Source: Octopus vulgaris
Lineage: Eukaryota
Direction of reading: 5' to 3'
DNA: 64,000 nt
Assembly (NCBI GenBank): GCA_951406725.2
Contig: OX597815.1
Span: forward strand, 110,360,001 to 110,424,000
Shown: positions 47,041-60,965 of the stretch, in pieces
How positions within the stretch are numbered: position 1 is the stretch's first letter
How the letters are laid out: every line of letters starts with the position of its first letter
The notes under the pieces: generated by a model
Database searches by the model: none
Told to the model about the DNA's origin: nothing
Seen by the model: the letters and a program-made list of their open reading frames with translations, nothing else
Translations under genes and position numbers: made by a program

Positions 47041-47644
47041 CATTTTTGTATGTGTGTATGTATATTTGCGTGTATATACTTACATACACACGCATATATA
47101 TATACAGTTAGCATTTGATAAATCGTATGGTATGCAGCTTGTAGTTTGCCGGTAAAGTACGTTCACATTTCTATGTGTCTATATAATACTCACAGAACAC
47201 GATGAGTTTTCAGTATTAATTAATCTCCTCTGCATCATGAATGCCATGCTAACTTTCATCAGCATCTCAAGCCTCCAGCTTTAAACACCATTAGTACCTC
47301 TCCGTTTCAACGTCTTCTGTACCGTTACAAGTATCTACGGAAATGTCAGTTTTGAATTGCCGCAATCGCGTTCGACTCTATTGCAGACGCGTCAAATTTC
47401 AACTGCTTGTTCCTCCAAGACCTCCGAATGTTTTTTTTATCCACCAAATCATCGACAGAATCAATTGGATTACGTATTAGATTGAATGTAAAAACTAAGG
47501 CAATAGTATAATAGCTTCCCTTGAACTAGGTTCTTTCATTTTGCCGGAGAAAGAAAGTGATAGAAAAGCGTAATGGCTTCCCCTGAACCATTTAGCTTCA
47601 TTTTGGTGGACAAACAAACGGACAAAATATCTCTTCTATAAACA

Positions 47645-47700
<56 letters not shown>

Positions 47701-47712
47701 AAGAATATATAC

Positions 47713-47745
<33 letters not shown>

Positions 47746-48244
47746 TAAAGTTAGACATGTCTTAATTAAATAAAGCATGTATATAAAAATGTCACGCTCA
47801 TTCTCACACACACACACATTTGTCCATATATGAAAGGAATATTGAAAGTCGGCTGGTGAAAAGTCCATGTATATGAAATGAATTCGAGGAAGTCAGCTTG
47901 TGTTGAATACGGCAATTTCACTAACATCTATTACACCACCGTTCCTACAATCCTTTGCTACCTTCTAAATTCATGCTATAACAACGCACCACTATCATTA
48001 CTTCATTCAGAAGATGAGATCGCTAAAGTTTAGAAAGCTTAAAACATATAGAAATATTACTGCTGCCAACTGAAGGAGGAAAAGCAAAGAAAGACAATAA
48101 ACTCCTCTATGGAACAAGATAATCTCAAACTCAGTCAAGTCTTCTATAGATATATGTATACATACACATACATATGTAAATATATGTGTATATGTGCGAG
48201 TGTGTGTAGGGTGTGTGAATGTGAAGGTGTTTGTATATATGAGT

Positions 48245-48425
48245 GTGTCTGTGTCTTTGTTTCTCGCCACGTGTTTACGTTCCCGTGATGACTTAGCATT
48301 CCAGCAAATGTCTCCGATAGAATAGTTATCAGCCTTCGGAGAAAAATAATACTAGGGTCAATTCATTCGACTGAAATCTCCTCAAGTCGGTGCTCAGCAT
48401 GGCAGCAGTATAATATCTAAAACAT
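48245..48425 (+). mobile_element. SINE family B, 3' half (degenerate)
   Basis: gtgtttacgttcccgt..acttagc..ccgatagaata..ggtgctcagcatggc. Confidence 0.65.
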
Positions 48426-48934
48426 ATAAAAGAATGTATGTATGTATGTATGTATGTATGTATGTATGTATGTATGTATGTATGTATGCATGTATGCATG
48501 TATGTATAGTGAGAGAATGCAAGAGAAAGAGAGAGATTTGTTTATATCTATTTTGCGCATGCATTTGAGGAGATAAATACATGTTCTTGTTATTCATTGA
48601 TGCACATTATACGCATATATGCGTACATAATATTAAGAATATATATCGATATTCAAAATATGCCTCTTTTCGTGTGCGAATTTACCATCGTATGCCTCCT
48701 GCAATTGAACTATCGACATTAATATATATTTTGCGTATGCTTGTATGTATCTATATATTTATTTCGCTCCCCTTCTCTCTCCCTCTCTCTCTTTTCTTCC
48801 TCTCTAGAAACATATGTAATGATACTGCCAGTAAATGGATATTTATGTCTGAAACGAGGCTCATAGAGAGTTTGTGTGCTAAAATATATATACACCACCT
48901 TCAACTCAGAATTTAATTCTGAATGTTTTTATAT

Positions 48935-49100
48935 AGGCGCAGGCGTAGCTGTGTGGCGAGAGATTTGCTTCCCTACAAAATGGTTCAGGGTTCAGTCCTA
49001 CTGCATGACACCTTGGGTAAATGTCTTCTATTATAGCCCTCCAATCGACCATAGATTTGAAAGTGTATTTATTAGACGGAATCTGAGAGAAGTACGTCGT
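48935..49100 (+). mobile_element. SINE family B, 5' half
   Basis: ggcgcaggcgtagctgtgtgg..gggttcagtcc..caccttgggtaaatgtcttcta. Confidence 0.75.
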
Positions 49101-49152
49101 ATATATATATATATATATATATATATCGTATGTATGTATATATATATATATT

Positions 49153-49202
<50 letters not shown>

Positions 49203-49454
49203 TATAATTATAATAATAATAATATGAGGGAATATTATTCCAAACTTACAAGGAAAAGCTCAATTTAGAAATATTAATCAAATTTCACAAAATATTATAT
49301 ATATATATATTTAAATTAGAAATACGTTTTATTTATTATTTTGCTCATTACTTAATAATCGTTGTATGTTTTATCGTATATTTAATCTTTCTATAATATG
49401 TAATTTTCTAGATGGTATAATTTAATTTTTCATTATGGAATTGATAAAACGTGT

Positions 49455-49515
<61 letters not shown>

Positions 49516-49616
49516 TTCAGTTAGACTGCTCAAATCTACAAGTTTTTTTTACCTTCTATCTCTGTTTATTTTCTCTTATCCCTTTCTTTTGAAGAGCGTT
49601 GGATCGAAAAATAAAA

Positions 49617-49840
49617 GAAGAAAGCATTTTTTTTTATATACTGACAGGAGAGATAACCACCCCACTTCTTGTGACATTCTTATTCTAGCCAAGTTTCGCA
49701 TGAAAATTACAAGGCATCTAGTAATGGAGTAGCCGCTACTGATGAGCTTGTAACTTTCAAGTGAAACTTGACTAGTATAGTAATCTTCTTCACTGTGGGA
49801 TCGTTACCTCCGCTGTCAGTATATGAAAATGTGCTTTCTT
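49617..49840. mobile_element. Inverted pseudo-LTR pair
   Basis: 49617-49723 is the diverged reverse complement of 49737-49840. Confidence 0.75.
49735..49781 (+). ncRNA. Type-I hammerhead ribozyme with intact core
   Basis: GCTA-CTGATGA-GCTTG-taacttt-CAAGT-GAAA-CT-tgact-AG-TA-TAGT; GUA triplet, predicted cut after 49777. Confidence 0.75.
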
Positions 49841-49945
49841 GCGAGCCTAAGTGTGTTTGCCTTCTATTCCTAGCAATATAGTGCTACCTGGCATACTCAG
49901 TCACAATTATTGGTAACTGAATTTTGTGTGTATATACACATATGA

Positions 49946-50005
<60 letters not shown>

Positions 50006-50095
50006 AAATTTAGATTCAGTTGAATATGGTACTTAAGTTAAAGGCACCAGAATTTTGTATGGTATTATCCATATAATTCAAAATGGGGTGATTAC

Positions 50096-50309
50096 AATCA
50101 AAATAAGCAACAAGGATATCCAGAGGTAATGAAGTACGATCGTTTCATGTGACTTCATTTAATCGAACAATGCAAATATATTTTTATGTACCTGACGATT
50201 GCTCTACATTTTAAAACTGATGTAATATTTGCATTGTTTAAGTAAATGGAGTCGCATGAAACGATCGTACTGTATTACCTCTGGATTTCCTTGTTGCTTA
50301 TTTTGATTA
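50096..50309. mobile_element. Inverted pseudo-LTR pair of the 43226-46235 PLE family, with hammerhead motif
   Basis: Arms about 50096-50179 / 50225-50308; CTGACGA (50192)...GAAAC-GATC-GTA (50258-50269); homologous to 46114-46235. Confidence 0.75.
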
Positions 50310-51178
50310 TATATATACTCATTATATGATCTAACTTATTAAACACAGTTCAACAAATTCATTCATATTTATATAAATTGAGGTGATTAGATATTAAAAT
50401 GGATTATAGTTTTTATTTTTTCTGTTTCTATATAATTTGTTTCATGCAAAAAGACACAGATATTCATAAATATAAAATCGTAATAGTTACATTTGTACTC
50501 CTCAGTAACTGATTTAAAAACTAAAAGAGATGTTAGACGTACATAGATTTTCTCTTAGTTATCATTTTAGGATTATTGTATTCGTTCTTGCTGTCATGCC
50601 TATAAAATCAAGACTAAAACATATGTTACGTAGGTGCTAATATATGTAATATTAAAAACTGACATTCTCACTATGAAATTTTATATGCGTGTCTATTTAA
50701 AACTTCTTAAATTAATTATATTGCTTGTCAGACTGTGTTTCTATGTACGATGAAGCATCTCAAACAAGAACGAGAATGAATTTTCAAATACAAATTTAGT
50801 TTTTATTTAATCGTCAATTATCTTTTCGACTTGAGACGTTTTTAGAAAAATGGTGCTTAATAGTATTAGAATAATTTCAGGTTTATAAAAATTATAAAAT
50901 TTATAATATACGTATTTATTGTAAATAATAGGTCTAATATTCATAGACAAAAATAAGTGTTATATGTCGTAATTAATTATCTAGTGACAGCATTGATATG
51001 TTTATAAGAAAATTTAGAAATAATTACTATAAGTCTAAGTACAGGGGATTACTTACGTTATAAACTTATATAAAGCCATTAGTATATAAGAAAGGATAGT
51101 TTTTTGATAGTGTATATATACATACGTACATAATATGTACATATATACGTGTGTGTATATCTGTATATATGTACTCAC

Positions 51179-51214
<36 letters not shown>

Positions 51215-51330
51215 AAACAAGTCGAGATAGAAAATGCTAAAATAATTTTATAACGAACATTTCAGTACCGGTTTCAGTCATTTGAGACATTTTCAACTGT
51301 AACAATTAAATAATTAAATTTAGAAAAATT
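51215..51330 (-). mobile_element. Pseudo-LTR-like repeat with variant hammerhead (51263-51299)
   Basis: Reverse strand CAG-TTGAAAA-tGTC-tcaaat-GACt-GAAAC-CG-GTA-CTG. Confidence 0.55.
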
Positions 51331-51420
51331 AAAAGAAAAGTTTTTTTTAAAGAATATTTGTATAGTGTTCAAATATAAGTGGCATTTTCCTTGTTTCTAC
51401 CTTTCTGTGTCTCTGTACCA

Positions 51421-51530
51421 CTATGTGGTACCTCTATGTGATACTTTGGGAAAGTGTTTTCTAACTATAGCCTCGGACCGACCAAAGCCTTGTGAGTGGA
51501 TTTGGGAGACTGAAACTATAGCCTGTCGCG

Positions 51531-51574
<44 letters not shown>

Positions 51575-51772
51575 TTGTGTCTGTTTGTACCCCCACCATC
51601 GCTTGACAACCGATGTTAGTGTGTTTACGTCCCCATAACTTAGCGGGTATGCAAAAGAGACCTCTAGAAAAGGTACTAGACTTACAAAGAATGAGTACTG
51701 AGGTCAATTTGTTCGACTAAGGGCGGTGCTCCGGGATGGACGCAGTCAGATGACTGAAACAGGTTAAAGAGT
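51421..51772 (+). mobile_element. SINE family B
   Basis: gtgttttctaactatagcctcggaccgaccaaagccttgtgagtggatttg...gcagtcagatgactgaaac. Confidence 0.85.
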
Positions 51773-51806
51773 AATACATGCATGCATGCATACATACATA
51801 CATACA

Positions 51807-51854
<48 letters not shown>

Positions 51855-51935
51855 CATGCGTATATATATATATATGTTTACATATATGTATGTATATATA
51901 TATACATAAATATATATATATATATACATACATAC

Positions 51936-52069
<134 letters not shown>

Positions 52070-52075
52070 GCATAT

Positions 52076-52115
52076 AAGTAAAAGAGTTATCTTACTGCAG
52101 AAATTGCATACGTAA

Positions 52116-52191
<76 letters not shown>

Positions 52192-52231
52192 TTACGTATG
52201 CAATTTCTGCAGTGAGATAACTCTTTTACTT
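52076..52231. repeat. Near-perfect ~155 bp palindrome centred on (TA)n
   Basis: aagtaaaagagttatcttactgcagaaattgcatacgtaaac / its reverse complement with one substitution. Confidence 0.9.
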
Positions 52232-52499
52232 TTTAGTTCAATTTTCTCACACACTGTACTGTACAATTTAACTAGCTAATTAAAAAAAAATTTTTTTTCA
52301 TCTTGAAACGTGAAGTTAACTTGGTAGCAAGTGTGCGAATTGATTGAGCTTGCCATGAAAAATGTTTAGGAATTTCAGCGCTAAATATTTTAACAGCTTT
52401 CTACCTTCCCTATCTCAGTACATTCTTAGCATACAACGAAAGACGGGCAGGGTATTTCATTGTCTAAACATATTTGAATGTGTTGAATTATTGCGTCAG

Positions 52500-53220
52500 G
52501 TTCAGGCACAAGACCAGCACTCTTGAAAGGAGATGTTTGTCGATGCTATCGATTCGGTCGTTCACCGTTACTCTGTTTAATAGAATTGAGAGGAATGAAC
52601 TAAAAACTTAACCACGGCACAATTTAAACTCAGAATGTAAAAGGCAGGGTGAAATACAATAAGTGATCTTACTGACTCTCATATTGGCTGAGGGTGTAAA
52701 ATGCATTCGTGTTGCACCAAAAGCCAATATGAGAATTTCTCTCATGCTAACAACCGCAGTATTGTTTGTTCTAACAGAACATCCACGTTTAAGTGAATAA
52801 AAATATTACTCTCGGTATTAATACTATCTCTGTCTCTAGTATATGTATTCTGTAACTTTGTTTCTGATTACAGAAGGTTAAGAAATTTAAGGGATTGATG
52901 TGTATCAATACTTGACTAGTGCTTTATTTTATCGAACTAAAAAGGATGAAAAACGAACTTGACCCCGGCAGAATTTGAACTCAGAATGTAAAGCGCCACA
53001 ACAAATACTACAAGTCATTCTACTCACAAAATTCTGCCAGCTTACCGCCTTTGAAACTACTATTATACAGTATCTCACAAAAAGATGGGACACATCTTAA
53101 ACGCAGGTAACTCAGATTAGAACAAACACATTTATTAAGGAAGTTGCGTACTGGGGTCGATCTAATCGACTGACCCCACTCCCCAAACATTTAGGGCCTT
53201 GTGCTTAGAGTGGAAAATAG
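52500..53220. mobile_element. Three degenerate SINE family A fragments
   Basis: aatttaaactcagaatgtaaa (near 52621, -), aatttgaactcagaatgtaaa..ctgccagcttaccgcc (52970-53050, -), ctggggtcgatctaatcgac..ccttgtgcttagagt (53150-53215, +). Confidence 0.65.
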
Positions 53221-54054
53221 CTTAAAGACGTATGCAGTACATAAGCCAGATATATCTCCCATCATGATGAGACACCGTGTATTAAATACACATTACTAAC
53301 TCATGATTAAAAACAAAAAAAGCAAACAATAAATAAAACTTTAGTCCTGCTTTACTGCAACACTTGAATGTATAAGCCAAATATATTGAACTTCGTAAAG
53401 TTGATCAATCCTGCATTTATAGAACAATATGTTATAAGCCTCAAAGTGATGAAAGTCAAAACTGATAACATCGGTGTTACATAAATAATATCATAGATTA
53501 TTTACACCGTTTTATCGATCCATAGCGAGTGAATAGCAAAACATCCACATTAGCAGACCATGAACTGGAATAGGTAAAAATACAAAGTTTCGTAACATAT
53601 CTTCTATAGTTCTTGTTCTCTCGAGCGTCTCCCATTTCGATATTTTGAAACCTGCAAGTTTTGGCATGTTTCCCTTTGTTTTGTTCTTTTTACTGCTGTT
53701 ACAATTATTGTTGTTGTTGTTACTCTTACTGTTGCCGTGGATGTTTATGTGTAACATTTTTATCAGCTTTGTTCGTGTAGATCTGTGACAAAGATTTTTA
53801 AATATAACGATTCATTCAAACGTGCTACTTTCGTTTTTATTTGATGAGATTGACTTGGTTGGTTGGTTCGTTCGTTCATTGCTATGTAGCCCAAGATGAA
53901 TCTCGGTCGAACTGACCAATAATCAACGGCATTGCTTCATCGTGGTCATTATGTCCTTTAAGAATACATATAAGACTACAATAATTGATGTGTTCTTTTC
54001 TTATTTAGAAAGGTCAGGTGTAATTTGAGAATGATTTGACAGTTATTTCTGTTG

Positions 54055-54432
54055 TAAGAAGCTTGCTTGCCAACGTCATGGTTTCGGATTCACTCCCACT
54101 GCGTGAAACCTTCGGCAAATGTCTTCTGCTATAGCCCTTGGCCTACCAAAGCATTGTGCATGGATTTAGTACACGGACGTTAAAAGCAAGTCCGTTGTAT
54201 ATATGTACATATCCATATCTATGTATTTGTCTTTGTGTTTCTCCCTAAACACCGCTTGACTACCGGTGTTGGTTTGTTTACATCAACATAACCTAACGGT
54301 TTGGCAAAAGGTGACCTATAGAATAATCTCTCTATTTCACAAAATAAAGTGGCGTCGATTTGTTCGAGTAAATCCTTCAAGGCGATGCCCCAGCTTGGTC
54401 GTAGTCAAGTGACTGAAACAAAAGATAAAGGA
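54055..54432 (+). mobile_element. SINE family B (diverged)
   Basis: aagaagcttgctt..cccactgcgtg..ggcaaatgtcttctgctatagcc..gactgaaac. Confidence 0.8.
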
Positions 54433-54456
54433 TACGTTCCTCTCGTTCGTTCCTAG

Positions 54457-54576
54457 CTTGGTGTACAATCGACGAAATAAACAACTTAAGACATCCTGGA
54501 TTGGTTGGAAGTCGGAAGACTCGGCAAATACTCGGTCTGGGTCTACGTCCGCGTCCAACACTGAACTTGTAATAAA
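54457..54576 (+). CDS. Candidate internal coding exon of an unidentified host gene
   Basis: Pyrimidine tract ttcctctcgttcgttcctAG acceptor, AA/GTAAGT donor, exactly 120 nt, one open frame LVYNRRNKQLKTSWIGWKSEDSANTRSGSTSASNTELVI; unique and GC-richer. Confidence 0.45.
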
Positions 54577-54836
54577 GTAAGTGTCCTAGCTCTATACAGC
54601 CTCTTGAATACCCCATGCAGCCTACAGCTTAGAAATGAAGACGTATAAAAACATACGCACTGCATATATGCGTATGTGTGAACATGTGGGCTCAGATATT
54701 TATTTCAGCTGATTTGTCTACAGCTGATAAAGGGGACATAAAGTCAGCTGCACTCAATGAACTACATACATGCATACAAACACACAAACATATATATATA
54801 TAAATGTAAATATATATATGTATATGCATATATATT

Positions 54837-54955
54837 GGCCTGCTCGCTTAGCCAGCGGGGTGGCGTCATTCAAAGGCTAAAGCAATGCGAACGAATTGTG
54901 ACCAGCGATGTGTAACAACATCTGATGGTCTGGTCGGTCACGTGATCACGTGATA
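54837..54955 (+). mobile_element. ~118 bp structured repeat, copy 3
   Basis: Homologous to 906-1024. Confidence 0.85.
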
Positions 54956-54977
54956 TGCATATATATATACATATATA

Positions 54978-55012
<35 letters not shown>

Positions 55013-55066
55013 GAGTTTGTGTGCATGTATACATGTATATATGTATGTAGATATATATATATGTAG

Positions 55067-55148
<82 letters not shown>

Positions 55149-55709
55149 TACATACATACATACATATATACGCACATACATACATGCGTACGTACATGTA
55201 TATTTAGTATAATTCAGTTGAAAACCTTACAGTGTGCCTTTAAGACTTCCTATTTCGTTATTTGACTGCTGCATGTTACCCTACAGTAGGGTATATTCCA
55301 CGGTTGGATACACATGCGGAACTCCTTTTCGAATAAGATAAATACAAGAATAATTTAAGTCGAGTGTGGAAGATATCATTTGTTTCTGCACCGCACGCCA
55401 GTTTTAGGGTATTGTACCCGATGAAGGACTCACACATAGCTGCTGTTTAAAAAAAACATTCAGCTATATAATAATTATAAGGAATGATTTTGTATAATGG
55501 TATTTGAATATAAACCCAGCAGCTTAAGCTGTTGCGGTGTAGAAACAAATGTGATATTCTATTAAAACCTGATATATTTCACCTTTGTGTTATATTATTC
55601 TCATGTATATGTATGCATATGTACGTATGCACGCATGTGTATATACGTTGAAATAAAGAAATATGAGGAATATTGTGGCAGGCCTTCTTTCTGGATACAC
55701 GGGAGATAA

Positions 55710-55748
55710 CTTCAGACGTTTCATGCTGATATGTGATCATCAGTGAAA
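55710..55748 (-). ncRNA. Minimal hammerhead-like motif (core intact, stem II eroded)
   Basis: Reverse strand TTCA-CTGATGA-tcacatatcagcat-GAAAC-GTC-TGAA. Confidence 0.55.
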
Positions 55749-56586
55749 GTATTATTACGTCGTAAAGATCAAAGTGCTAAGGGATTCATTTATTACGTAA
55801 ATACAATGATTTGTATATTTATTAGCTTAGAGAAATAGAATTGTTTAAATATTGAATAACTTTCATGCAACAATGATAAATATCATTTTAGCGGGAATCT
55901 TTTTAAAACCAGAAATATTAAAACAGCTCAGTTGAGATTTAATATTCGGTAAAAACAAAATGTAAAAGATATTATATTGTATTATATAAAGATAATCAAT
56001 ATATTCCATCTTAGAGAATTTTCAAAGATCAAAGACAATCAGACATGATATTCATCTTATATATTATTTCTGATGGTTCAATCAGAATACACTGTCTACG
56101 TTTAAGTGAGTTTTCTGAATGGTTTTAAACAGGGCAAGAATATGAATATCCACGTTTGGTTTTTTTTTTTTAGGAATTTCATTAATTTTTTTTTTTTTTT
56201 TGGTGGGGTGGGGCTTGTTTTTTAAGGTCCCTGATATTAAGGGATAAGGTTTATGACCAGAGGAAATATCTGGCCTCAATGCTTGATTGAAAGCAAAATT
56301 ATGAAAGGTACACAAGAGCCAGCAGGTGGTGGTACCATCTTTAGAACCTGCTTTCCAGGTCATCTTTGTCCTTGTCTTCCACGTCACTGTCGTTTTGTCC
56401 TCTCCCCTTATTTCTTGTCATCTTCCAAATCACAATATCTGTCATCTTTCATCATTGACACAATAACTGTCGTCCTTAATCATGATATCCACATCATCAT
56501 CACTATCAATATGTCCCCATCATTGCACATCATTATCGTTGCTGTTATTATTTAACCCTAGGTTAGACATGAAGAGGCAGAACACC

Positions 56587-56820
56587 GGCGGCGAACTGGC
56601 AGAAACGTTAGCACGCCGGGCGAAATGCTTAGCGGTATTTCGTCTGTCATTACGTTCTGAGTTCAAATTCCACCAAGGTCGACTTTGCCTTTCATCCTTT
56701 CGGGGTCGATAAATTAAGTACCAGTTACGCACTGGGGACGATGTAATCGACTTAATCCCTTTGTCTGTCCATGTTTGTCCCCTTTATGTTTAGCTCCTTG
56801 TGGGCAATAAAGAAATAAGA
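56587..56820 (+). mobile_element. SINE family A, well-preserved left monomer
   Basis: ggcggcgaactggcagaaacgttagcacgccgggcgaaatgcttagc..gagttcaaattcc..gcctttcatcctttcggggtcgataaattaagtacc. Confidence 0.9.
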
Positions 56821-57039
56821 ACACCGGTCCATGGCATTTAAGCCTGGGCTACTCCTTTATTTTGAGGCTATGCGAGACTAAATTATGTACACTTTCATTA
56901 CGTAAGGCATCTGGTTACGACCCGGTTTGAGATGGTGCTATTTTCCTACGATATTTAGCAAGTCCAGTGACCACGTATAAGCTGCCTTTTCGTTATCGCA
57001 TGTCATTATCATACGTATTGTCGTCTCCCTTATCTTAAT

Positions 57040-58480
<1,441 letters not shown>

Positions 58481-58830
58481 GGTTTATTTGTTCAGACGTT
58501 CATAGTGTTCATATTGTTTATTTATTGAATACATTTTTCATTCTTATATCTCGCTTTATCCATTTCACAATCTTTGTTTGTTTTTTTTTAGTTTAAACCA
58601 TACACACATATACATATACACGCATGTAAATAGTACATATATGCATGTATACTTCCATATTTTATACATGCGTGCACACATGCATACATACATACATAGA
58701 TACATACATACTCACATACATGCATAAATGTAAACATACATACATGCATGCATAAATGTATGTATGCATTCATGCATAATTGTATATGATTATATATCAA
58801 TATCTATTTCAATATACACACACTTGCACA

Positions 58831-58884
<54 letters not shown>

Positions 58885-59439
58885 CACACACACAAGACAT
58901 ATATGCTATGCATATAACGATACATGTATAAATACGCATGTATTAGTATGAATTTATGTGTATGTGTGTTTGAATTATTGAAGCTAATAATATAGATAGA
59001 TAAATTAATAAATAAGTAAACAAAATCTCCTGCGTAACGTTAGTAATTTTTAACAATGCTGCTGATATGTATATATATATAGGTAAGATATAAATATATG
59101 ATGTATATCTCGTCTCCACCACTACCACATTCAATCCGGTTTTGTTCAATACAGGTGTTGTATTACGTTGTCATGAGTAAGGATAGCAATAATTACAGGC
59201 ATTTTCGATAGAGTAGATGTAGATGAGGAATTATTATAGAGTTGTAGATGGGGCTGCAAGCAAAAGTAAAAGGTGAACAATAACAACAACAACAACAGCA
59301 TCAACAAAACTGTAAATCAGAAACAGAGAAGCTGTGAAATTTTTAAGTTAACTTTGCTAACATTATTGACTTGAAGCTTGTCTCTCCTGCCTAAGATTTA
59401 TTCTTCTTATATGGTAAGTTCATTTGTTCTGTATTATTT

Positions 59440-59499
<60 letters not shown>

Positions 59500-59543
59500 T
59501 CTTTCTTTTTTATTTCTTTGTTTACTCTTTTAATCTTTCAGTC

Positions 59544-59772
59544 TTTTATTTGTTTCAGTCATGTGACTGTTGCCATGCTGGAGCACCGCCTTTGGTCGAG
59601 CAAATCGACCCCAGGACTTATTCTTTGTAAGCCTAGTACTTATTCTATCGGTCTCTTTTGTCGAACCGTTAAATTACGGGGACGTAAACACACCAGCATC
59701 GGTTGTCAAGCGATGTTGGGGGCACAAACGCAGACACAGAAACATATACACACACATACATACATACGTACA

Positions 59773-59849
<77 letters not shown>

Positions 59850-60016
59850 TATACGACGGGCTTCTTTCTGTTTCCGTCTACCAAATCCACTCACAAGGCT
59901 TTGGTCGGCCCGAGGCTATAGTAGAAGACACTTGCCCAAGGTTCCACGCAGTGGGACTGAACCCGGAATTATTTGGTTCGTAAGCAAGCTACTTACCCCA
60001 CAGCCACTCCTACGCC
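59544..60016 (-). mobile_element. SINE family B, full length
   Basis: All modules present from the head (aggcgtaggagtggctgtg) to the tail (catggcaacagtcacatgactgaaac). Confidence 0.9.
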
Positions 60017-60042
60017 TTTCTTTGTTTCTTTCTTGGTTTCTT

Positions 60043-60099
<57 letters not shown>

Positions 60100-60893
60100 T
60101 TTGTGTGTGTGTTACTACCTTTATATATCAGTATATTCTTTCGTCAGTAAATTGTCTGTATAACTTCATCAAGGAATATATCGTGCTGGTTGCATTCCTG
60201 GACAACAGCTATTTATTAATTTATTTATGTTAAAGGTCAGTAGTTGCACATGGCAGCAAGCTTCACCTCTTTTCTCTACGTGACCAGTATCCCCAAGACT
60301 AGAGCAAATGGTAACACAACATAGAAACAGTGTCATCACAGGCCAACGCCAAATGCATAGAAAGAGACAAATAACGCAAAATATTTTCTCCAACACTCCA
60401 ACAAACTACTAAAAGTCGTACCTTGGGCTGCTATGTTTTTTTATTGCCTCCGAAAGGAGGAAAGACAAAATGCCCTCGGTCGTACCCGGAACAAAAGCTG
60501 CAAAAATATTTTGTTTGATATTTTATTGCCTCGGCCAATTCACCTCCGCTTTTGTGTATCTGTCTAAATTGCACCTAGGCATGTATACCACCAGCAACAT
60601 ATCTGAAAGACATTCTAATGTCGTGGCAACAATGTTAGGAGGCCACCTTTAACTTGTCACACATGATGACAAATATAAATTTTGTGGTTTCATTCAAGGA
60701 ATATTAATTGGTGTGTCCTTCGTATATAAAGTTCTAAAGCATCTCCGACAGTAAAGACGATATAACAGTCGATCGAATCCCGTGTTTTGACGCAACTATG
60801 CAGAAATACTATGGACGTACAATAAACATAACAACGATGAAATTATGTTATTTGTTGTTGTCCACGTTGCTGTTTTTGCTGCTGCTGCTGCTG

Positions 60894-60965
<72 letters not shown>

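Noticed and set aside
56253-56555. 100 aa ORF
   Set aside because: No recognisable domain, weak splice context, runs into low-complexity sequence
59155-59272. AG...GT bounded segment as a coding exon
   Set aside because: Stops in all three frames
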